DNA from: a virus
IMG/VR virus record: IMGVR_UViG_3300031963_009547
DNA length: 64,000 bases
Reading direction: 5' to 3' (one strand)
Shown here: piece by piece, positions 57,290-64,000 of the stretch
How the letters are laid out: each line of letters begins with the position of its first letter
Position numbering within the stretch: the stretch's first letter is position 1
Made by a program: the position numbers and the translations under genes
The notes under the pieces: generated by a model
The model's database searches: none
What the model was told of the DNA's origin: nothing
Seen by the model: the letters and a program-made list of their open reading frames with translations, nothing else

Positions 57290-57290
57290 A

Positions 57291-57689
57291 TTAAGCTAAG
57301 TTTTCTGTGTTATCAAAATTTGCGTTTAAAATAACGCTTGACATAAGTTTATCACCATCCGGATTGTAATCAGGTCTCATTTCATAAAAATTATCACCTT
57401 GTGGTTGATAAGTCAATATTTTAACTAATTTAAAAAATCTCCATCCTGGTATAGGGTTATCTCTTGTAACCTTAGAATGAGACGCCCCCTGTCTTTCCCA
57501 TGCTCGTAATACTAATTCACCTTTTTTCGAGTACCCAACACAAACAGGTTCAATCTCACGGAATCCTCTACCATACTCTCTACCGTCGTAGTTGATAGTA
57601 ATCACTTTTTTATTTCTAATACTATCTTGAACAACATCTAAATTTGCCGCTTCTAAAATTAAACTAGAAAGATTATTTAATAACTTCAC
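57291..57689 (-). CDS. stand-alone WYL-like domain protein
   Basis: IRNKKVITINY...REIEPVCVG....VLRAW...GWRFFKLVKI; GTG start overlaps the upstream stop. Confidence 0.7.
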   Translation of the reverse strand: MKLLNNLSSLILEAANLDVVQDSIRNKKVITINYDGREYGRGFREIEPVCVGYSKKGELVLRAWERQGASHSKVTRDNPIPGWRFFKLVKILTYQPQGDNFYEMRPDYNPDGDKLMSSVILNANFDNTENLA

Positions 57690-57979
57690 GATACTGTGTA
57701 ATATGGGTTATTTGGTGAAAATTTATTTATTTTTAAATCGTCTTTTCTTTCTGCGATGTCTGTAGACGTACCCGCAGCTTGATTATATACATCTAATTCG
57801 CCACCAGTACCCCTACCAATTTTATCACCATCTGCGATTGCATCTGGGTGTACTGATGAATATTGGTCTGCAGGATTAAAATCATTTCTTGGAAATAACT
57901 TTTTTCTTTGTTCTTCCGCAATTTTACTTAATTGATTATCAGGTTGCGAAAAATCCATTTTATCTGATTGGACTGCCAT
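57686..57979 (-). CDS. hypothetical protein
   Basis: 97-aa ORF, coupled to its neighbours. Confidence 0.7.
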   Translation of the reverse strand: MAVQSDKMDFSQPDNQLSKIAEEQRKKLFPRNDFNPADQYSSVHPDAIADGDKIGRGTGGELDVYNQAAGTSTDIAERKDDLKINKFSPNNPYYTVS

Positions 57980-58443
57980 TATAATATTTTTTGGTATAGT
58001 TTATTCATTAATCTTATTTCTTGTTCAACTCTAACATCAATGTCACTATTAGTTTTTGAGTGACTATCTAATGGGTTAGATATCATTTGGTCTTTTTGGT
58101 GGCCATCAATAAATTGGTTCTGCATACCAGCATCCATTTTTATTTTTTTACCTCCTTTATCATTTTCTCTCCAAACTCTTAAAACCTCATCACACCATGT
58201 TTTCATTCTATCACCACCATTAAGGATAAACGGGGCGTCTTCTTTTCTACCACCATAGTTGTCGAACCAACTTTTTATTCTTTTTATCTGTTGATATGTT
58301 GCTTGTCTACCTTGACGTAATTGTTGATTTCTATTAAAACCCTCAGTGTTTTGATTTCCACCTACAGAATTAAAAGAGTCTTCTAAGTGTTTAACCAAAC
58401 TATCGGGTATTATTGCAATTCTATCGTATAAATTTTTATTCAT
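57979..58443 (-). CDS. hypothetical phage protein
   Basis: 154 aa with IKRIKSWFD...LNGGDRMKTW. Confidence 0.7.
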   Translation of the reverse strand: MNKNLYDRIAIIPDSLVKHLEDSFNSVGGNQNTEGFNRNQQLRQGRQATYQQIKRIKSWFDNYGGRKEDAPFILNGGDRMKTWCDEVLRVWRENDKGGKKIKMDAGMQNQFIDGHQKDQMISNPLDSHSKTNSDIDVRVEQEIRLMNKLYQKIL

Positions 58444-59176
58444 CTTTTAACATTTGAATTAATTCTTTGGCTGATATTCCGTGCTCTTTAGCCAATTTTT
58501 TAATTGATTTAATGTTTCTTAATAAAAGAGGATTGATTAAATCTTTTAATTTTCTTTTTTCCGTATTTTCTTCAGAGTTTTTATCTATAACGACATCTTC
58601 ACCTATTTCTTTTTCTTTCAGAATTGGTCTACCAACAAAACCTTTTTTATTTTTATATGGTGATTTTTCATCTCTTTCAGGACTTTTACCAAATTCATCT
58701 TCCACTCTTTTTTCTGCCGACTCATCATCCATTTCTAACTCATCTTTGAAATAATCCAAAGTTTCTTTAGCGTCCATATTCATAGTATCCTTATACCCAA
58801 ATGCTTTAATCATATTTTCTTCTTTAACATACCCCTCACCATAGTATCCGTACCATCCACGTAACAATGGGTCTCTTGGGTTTCTTGCCGCTGGTACGAT
58901 TTGGTCAGTTGTTTTAGTACCAAGACCATTATTAGCAGGTGAAAGAATAGGAATGTCAGATGATAACCATGTTCCATCGTCATCAACAAGCTCAGTTACT
59001 TCCTGTTCCTTAGGTTCATCTTCAGAAGATTTTAATTTTTTTAAAAATATTTCGTGGGACTTACAAGGCATGTATTTTCTTTCACCATCTTCGTTGTGAT
59101 AGTGAGAGCCGACACAGCCCAAAGTTTTTGCAACTCTTTCTGCCCTTTCTTCTGTAGAGTATTTATATGTCTTCAT
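58436..59176 (-). CDS. hypothetical protein with N-terminal Cys/His (DUF3721-like) motif
   Basis: STEERAERVAKTLGCVGSHYH...YMPCKSH; TATTTATA on the minus strand at 59190-59197. Confidence 0.65.
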   Translation of the reverse strand: MKTYKYSTEERAERVAKTLGCVGSHYHNEDGERKYMPCKSHEIFLKKLKSSEDEPKEQEVTELVDDDGTWLSSDIPILSPANNGLGTKTTDQIVPAARNPRDPLLRGWYGYYGEGYVKEENMIKAFGYKDTMNMDAKETLDYFKDELEMDDESAEKRVEDEFGKSPERDEKSPYKNKKGFVGRPILKEKEIGEDVVIDKNSEENTEKRKLKDLINPLLLRNIKSIKKLAKEHGISAKELIQMLKDE

Positions 59177-59189
59177 TGAGCTTTTTACC

Positions 59190-59216
59190 TATAAATACTT
59201 CAAACAAAGTATTTAT
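59190..59216. promoter_or_regulatory. back-to-back putative late promoters (TATTTAT on each strand)
   Basis: TATAAATA at 59190-59197 (reads TATTTATA on minus) and TATTTAT at 59210-59216, each 11-13 nt before divergent ATGs. Confidence 0.55.
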
Positions 59217-59227
59217 CATAAAAAAGT

Positions 59228-61492
59228 ATGCCAACTCAAAATTTAAATACATATTATTATCCAAAGTACAAAAGTTTTTTAAATTCAAGGCAATATTTTG
59301 ATTTGACATTGGCTGCGGATGAAAGGGATTACGACGAAGAGGTTGTGTTCTCAACAGACATCATTGCGGCAAATGACGGAACAAGATTACCAATACGTTT
59401 AGATTTGAATGATACTGGTTCTTGTCCTCAACTTTCTATGTCTTTTGATGTATTTTATACGGGAGCTACTTTAGTATCTAAAAATTATTATAATCCGAAT
59501 AATTTAGATTTAGATTGTATATCTGCTTTCACAGGAACTTGTGATATTGGCTTAGTTGCCACAGATAACGGATTGTATACTGGAATGACAGGTCAAACTC
59601 TTTATTATACTATGGGTGTCAGAGACGATTATAAGTTTCATCCGCACTATTATGATAGAAGAATGAAATTACATATGGTTACCGGTTACACCACACCACC
59701 TAATACTGTATTTTCAGGTAGACCAAAAACAGCAATGTATAATATAGTGTCTAAAACGGCACCATCAATAGGTTACTATCAAGAACTATACGGAGGATTT
59801 TACCAAGGATTTTATAAATTATTTGGGTATGATTATGAAGTCTTTCCTGAAAGATTAAATAAAGGTTGGACTATGGAGACGGTAATTAAGCCAAGAATTA
59901 CTGATGAATATTCTATTAACACATCGACCGAAGAATACCTGAACACTCGTTACCCTCAAAATGCAGGAACGTTCTTTTATTTTGGCACTAGAGCTGAAAA
60001 TAAATATTATCATTTTGCAAGTGGTAGTCCTATAAGTGATAGTGGATATACTAGAGTAACGTCTGGACTTACAAGTTTAAGTAGTTGTACTTGTAATCAA
60101 TCGGGATTTACAAATGCGAATTGTGTTAAACTTTATCCTGTAAGTGCAACAACAGCTTATCATAACATTGGGTGTGGATGTGGCGCATGTACTGAACAAA
60201 TACCTGTAGAACCTTTGGACCCCAAATTTGATGTATTATCGAATGCGTTATCAATTAGGTTTAGTGGATGCGCCGCAGACCCAAGAATTTGTGTTAAAAG
60301 TATTATTATTACTGGTGATTGTGTAACAACTGGTAGTTGTTCAACAACAGGTTTAACATTTCAAACAGGATATACTATAACCGAGGTTTGTAGTCCGCCA
60401 ATTTATGATATATGTGATTATGTTTGTGAACAAATTTTAGAGGACAGATGGGTAATGGTTACTGCGGTTTTTGAAAGGTACACAACAATAGAAGAATGTG
60501 ATTTATTAAATTTAGGTGGGTTGGGAGATATAAGAGAAGTAACTTACCAATCTATATTGAATAATACATCTTACAATTTAATAATGCCACCTGAAACGCA
60601 TTCAGGTGGAACAAAAGAAGATAAAGTATATCGTGTTGTTTTCGATAGAAAATGGTTTGATGATGCTTGGTATAGATTAGGTAGATTAAAAATTTATATC
60701 AACGGATATTATTTTATGGTTATTGAAAACTTTGAAGAGATAATTCCGAGAGAATTGAATTGTGAAAAAGAAAAACAACTTGGAGTTCCATTCAACATAT
60801 CGTGGGGCGGTGGGTCTCAAGGTTTACACGACCATTTAATATTTTCTGCAACTTCAGCGACAACGGGACCTTATACTCAGGACCCCGAGTTATTCCCTGA
60901 TGAAATTTTATCTGCAACTACATTCAGCGGTTTAAGTACACAAATTTTAATGGAACAAAATTTCGGTGGAACTTTTATGGGAGGACTATCCCAATTTAGA
61001 ATGTACACAGAAGCTTTTAATAGTTCACAAGTACAACATAATTTTAGAATTTTAAAAGATAGGTTTAATCTTTTTGATTACTGGTGTCCAAATTGTTTAA
61101 CCCCAAGTTTACCTACCCCAACACCATCACCTACACCGACGGTAACACCAACTCCAACTCCAACCCCAACTGCCACTCCAACACCTACGGTCACACCAAC
61201 TCCAACTCCAACACCTTCTGGTCAATTTTTAGCGGCGTTAGCAAGTTGTAGTAATACTAATCAACCAACACAATCTATGTTATTACCATTGGCATATCTA
61301 CCGGTTACTGAAGGGGCGTTCTCAACTTGGTATACCTACACAGTAAGGGACACATTGGGTGATTGTTGGACAATTACAGGTCAATATTTTGATACTCCAA
61401 CCACTCCAACTCTAACTTGGGATGGAAGTAACACATTGAATTTAATAAACAACTTTGGTTCTGGTACTTACGCAGGATGTGCTTCATGTTAA
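59228..61492 (+). CDS. large Cys-rich virion protein with LamG-like region and Pro-Thr linker
   Basis: GWTMETVIKP...LKIYING...FMGGLSQFRMYTEAFNSSQVQHNF; PT repeat near the C-terminus. Confidence 0.7.
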   Translation: MPTQNLNTYYYPKYKSFLNSRQYFDLTLAADERDYDEEVVFSTDIIAANDGTRLPIRLDLNDTGSCPQLSMSFDVFYTGATLVSKNYYNPNNLDLDCISAFTGTCDIGLVATDNGLYTGMTGQTLYYTMGVRDDYKFHPHYYDRRMKLHMVTGYTTPPNTVFSGRPKTAMYNIVSKTAPSIGYYQELYGGFYQGFYKLFGYDYEVFPERLNKGWTMETVIKPRITDEYSINTSTEEYLNTRYPQNAGTFFYFGTRAENKYYHFASGSPISDSGYTRVTSGLTSLSSCTCNQSGFTNANCVKLYPVSATTAYHNIGCGCGACTEQIPVEPLDPKFDVLSNALSIRFSGCAADPRICVKSIIITGDCVTTGSCSTTGLTFQTGYTITEVCSPPIYDICDYVCEQILEDRWVMVTAVFERYTTIEECDLLNLGGLGDIREVTYQSILNNTSYNLIMPPETHSGGTKEDKVYRVVFDRKWFDDAWYRLGRLKIYINGYYFMVIENFEEIIPRELNCEKEKQLGVPFNISWGGGSQGLHDHLIFSATSATTGPYTQDPELFPDEILSATTFSGLSTQILMEQNFGGTFMGGLSQFRMYTEAFNSSQVQHNFRILKDRFNLFDYWCPNCLTPSLPTPTPSPTPTVTPTPTPTPTATPTPTVTPTPTPTPSGQFLAALASCSNTNQPTQSMLLPLAYLPVTEGAFSTWYTYTVRDTLGDCWTITGQYFDTPTTPTLTWDGSNTLNLINNFGSGTYAGCASC
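61112..61216 (+). repeat. Pro-Thr codon repeat (mucin-like linker)
   Basis: Encodes PTPTPSPTPTVTPTPTPTPTATPTPTVTPTPTPTP. Confidence 0.9.
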
Positions 61493-61502
61493 AATTAAAA
61501 AA

Positions 61503-61856
61503 ATGGAATTTTTTATAAAACAAAATACAACTTTACCTATAGTCAAAATGGATGTAGTTTTTGATGGTAGAACAGATGCTGGTGAAAATTTTTACTCATT
61601 GATAGATAATGCTACTTTAAGGTTTTCTATGATTAGTGAAGAAACTGGTATTCCTAAAGTTAGTATGAAACAAGCATATATTGTTGCTAAAGACAAAAGA
61701 AATCCAGATTCACCGTGGGAATATTACATTTACTATAAGTGGGGTGCAAAAGATACTAACAAGAAAGGAAGATTTTTAGGTCAATTTTTAGTAGTTTTGG
61801 AAAGTGGGGAACTTATTTCACCGATTAGAGAAAATCTTTACATCAACATTATTTGA
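61503..61856 (+). CDS. small beta-sandwich virion protein (BppU N-terminal-like)
   Basis: MEFFIKQNTTLP...YYKWGAKDTNKKGRFLGQF; start moved to ATG 61503. Confidence 0.55.
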   Translation: MEFFIKQNTTLPIVKMDVVFDGRTDAGENFYSLIDNATLRFSMISEETGIPKVSMKQAYIVAKDKRNPDSPWEYYIYYKWGAKDTNKKGRFLGQFLVVLESGELISPIRENLYINII

Positions 61857-61881
61857 CATTAAGACAACTCATTTTTATATT
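61853..61881 (+). promoter_or_regulatory. sigma70-like promoter upstream of DNA polymerase
   Basis: TTGACA-17 nt-TATATT, overlapping a TATTTAT box at 61878-61884. Confidence 0.4.
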
Positions 61882-61947
61882 TATTGAAGAAGGGAAACCA
61901 CGACTTAGTTCGTGAGAACAATAACCCAAAACTAAAAAATATAAAAT

Positions 61948-64000
61948 ATGGTTCCACAAGAAGAAATTGAACGCTTCCTATTAGGCGAAGACGAAGAAAA
62001 ATATATCGTATCACTCGAATACGATTACAAATCATCTAAAATTTATAAGGTAATACAAGACCCTGTTAAGGGTAAATTATTACGCCCCGACACATTTATT
62101 CCATTTGCTTGGGTTGGTGACTTGAAAGGAAAAAACTTTTACAAGAACGATAAACACGCACAAAAACGTGCGATGAGTGAAAATGGTATCATCATAGAAA
62201 AACTTGAAACTCACGGTGATGAACGTTTAGAAAACGGATTAAAGTATTTGGTTAAAACAACCAAGTCATATTCTAACCTTGTAAACTTCTTTAAAGGTGG
62301 TGGATTAGACCCATGGGGTAGAGATAACACAGATTCAATTCAAATATTATCACCCGTAGAACAATACTTAATTCAAAAAAGTAAAAGACTATTCAAAGGT
62401 TTTGATGAATACGATGAAATCCACAGGTTTGTATTCGATATCGAGACCACAGGTCTTGACCCCAAAACAAGTAAAATATTCTTGATAGGGATGAAAGACA
62501 ATCGTGGTTTTCTAAAATTATTATCAGCACAAAATGAAGATGAAGAACGACAAATGATTGTCGACTTCTTTAAGACTATTGATGAGTTGAAACCATCTTT
62601 GATTGGTGGTTACAACTCAGCTTTCTTTGACTTTCCATTTATTTTGAAAAGAGCTGAAATATTAAAAGTTAATATAAAAAAAATCTGTAAGACCTTGCAT
62701 CCTGATTATACACTGAAACAAAAAGATGGTATCTTAAAGTTGGCAAACGAAATGGAACCATACGTTCAGACACAGATGTGGGGGTATAACATTGTGGATA
62801 TTGCACACGCTGTTCGTAGAGCGCAAGCAATCAACTCAGACATTAAGAGTTGGTCTTTGAAGTATATCACCAAATTTATTGAAGCAGAAAAACCAAATCG
62901 TGTTTATGTTGAAGGAGATAAGATTGGTAAAATTTATTTTGATAACCTTGAATATTGGATGAACAAAGAAAACGGAGCATATAAAAAAGTTGGATTTGAT
63001 TCAAAAATAGATGAGGTATGTAAAAGAAGAGATGATGTTTATAAATTAGTTACAGGTTCAAAAATTATTGAAGACTACTTGGACGATGACCTTTATGAAA
63101 CGATGGTTGTCGATGAGCAGTTTAACCAAGCGAACTTCTTGTTGTCGAAACTTGTACCAACAACCTATGAACGACTTTCAACAATGGGAACCGCAACGTT
63201 ATGGAAAATGATTATGTCCGCGTGGTCATATAAACATAACTTAGCTTTACCAAGAAAATTAGAGAAAAGAAAGTTTACAGGAGGTCTTTCTCGTTTGGTT
63301 CAGGTTGGGTTCTCTAAAAACGTATTAAAACTTGACTACTCATCACTATACCCATCTATTCAGTTGGTTCACGATGTGTTCCCCGCTTGTGATGTAACGG
63401 GAGCGATGAAGAGCATGTTAAAGTATTTCCGTGATACTCGTATTAAATACAAGAACTTAGCGAGTGAATATAAGTCTATTGACCCGAAACTTGCAATTTC
63501 TTATGACCGAAAGCAATTACCAATTAAAATTTTTATCAACGCATTCTTTGGTTCATTATCAGCACCACAAGTATTTCCGTGGGGTGATATTGATATGGGT
63601 GAACAGATTACTTGTACTGGTAGACAATACCTTCGTCAAATGATTATGTTTTTTATGAAAAGAGGTTACGTTCCACTTGTAATGGACACGGACGGTGTGA
63701 ACTTTGAAACGCCACAAGATAGGGAGACATATAAGTATATTGGTAAAGGTTTGAACGGTCTTGTTAAAGAGGGTAAAGAATATGTTGGGGCTGAAGCGGA
63801 TGTTGCAGAATACAACGACTTATTCTTACGAGGTGAGATGGGATTAGACATTGATGGTGTTTGGCCTTCAACAATAAACGTGGCTCGTAAAAACTACGCA
63901 CTTCTCACAGACAAGGGTAAAGTAAAACTAACGGGTAATACAATTAAATCTAAAAAACTTCAAACGTATGTTGCCGAGTTTTTGGACACAGGTCTTCGAA
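61948..64000 (+). CDS. polB: family B DNA polymerase (partial, runs off window; absent from ORF track)
   Basis: Open frame from MVPQEEIERF; ExoI FDIETTG, ExoII GYNSAFFDFP, motif A LDYSSLYPS, motif B KIFINAFFG, motif C MDTDG. Confidence 0.93.
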   Translation, partial: MVPQEEIERFLLGEDEEKYIVSLEYDYKSSKIYKVIQDPVKGKLLRPDTFIPFAWVGDLKGKNFYKNDKHAQKRAMSENGIIIEKLETHGDERLENGLKYLVKTTKSYSNLVNFFKGGGLDPWGRDNTDSIQILSPVEQYLIQKSKRLFKGFDEYDEIHRFVFDIETTGLDPKTSKIFLIGMKDNRGFLKLLSAQNEDEERQMIVDFFKTIDELKPSLIGGYNSAFFDFPFILKRAEILKVNIKKICKTLHPDYTLKQKDGILKLANEMEPYVQTQMWGYNIVDIAHAVRRAQAINSDIKSWSLKYITKFIEAEKPNRVYVEGDKIGKIYFDNLEYWMNKENGAYKKVGFDSKIDEVCKRRDDVYKLVTGSKIIEDYLDDDLYETMVVDEQFNQANFLLSKLVPTTYERLSTMGTATLWKMIMSAWSYKHNLALPRKLEKRKFTGGLSRLVQVGFSKNVLKLDYSSLYPSIQLVHDVFPACDVTGAMKSMLKYFRDTRIKYKNLASEYKSIDPKLAISYDRKQLPIKIFINAFFGSLSAPQVFPWGDIDMGEQITCTGRQYLRQMIMFFMKRGYVPLVMDTDGVNFETPQDRETYKYIGKGLNGLVKEGKEYVGAEADVAEYNDLFLRGEMGLDIDGVWPSTINVARKNYALLTDKGKVKLTGNTIKSKKLQTYVAEFLDTGLR

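Noticed and set aside
204-63851. Many short alternative-frame or antisense ORFs in the track (e.g. 204, 1719, 7340, 12490, 13041, 17769, 19513, 21095, 36736, 42549, 43711, 58467, 63666)
   Set aside because: They overlap well-supported genes and read as shadows of low-complexity or codon-biased sequence
1-64000. Stop-codon reassignment as in some jumbo phages
   Set aside because: Conserved genes are full length under code 11 with dense coding, and TAA, TAG and TGA all end genes

Overview
This AT-rich 64 kb window looks like part of a large T4-like (jumbo) dsDNA phage, most likely infecting Bacteroidota. The host inference rests on TAnnTTTG promoter boxes, start sites without Shine-Dalgarno motifs, Gln at +1 after signal peptides, a Bacteroidota-type bS21 and a DUF4494-like protein. 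From left to right it holds: LamG and Pro-Thr-repeat virion proteins; an accessory region with a pyrimidine-dimer glycosylase, two secreted CAP-like proteins, a complete tmRNA with an unusual 21-aa tag, a Zn peptidase, an N-domain-less ClpC facing a tandem-UVR protein, a KTSC protein and a Pol-beta nucleotidyltransferase; the head module (TerL, portal, antisense bS21, prohead protease, scaffold, major capsid protein); baseplate and other structural genes; and a gp55-like sigma factor. Next is a tightly packed ~25 kb minus-strand glycan operon. It encodes a probable GDP-colitose pathway, UDP-Galf mutase, about 8 glycosyltransferases and a non-canonical NeuB/NeuA ulosonic-acid pathway with a Maf-like transferase. 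The window ends with WYL and small head-associated genes, a large Cys-rich PT-repeat protein and the first 2 kb of a family B DNA polymerase. The best candidates for an undescribed system are the ulosonate/colitose glycosylation machinery (possibly decorating PT-repeat virion proteins) and a phage tmRNA-ClpC-UVR proteolysis module. All calls come from reading motifs by eye; no searches were run.
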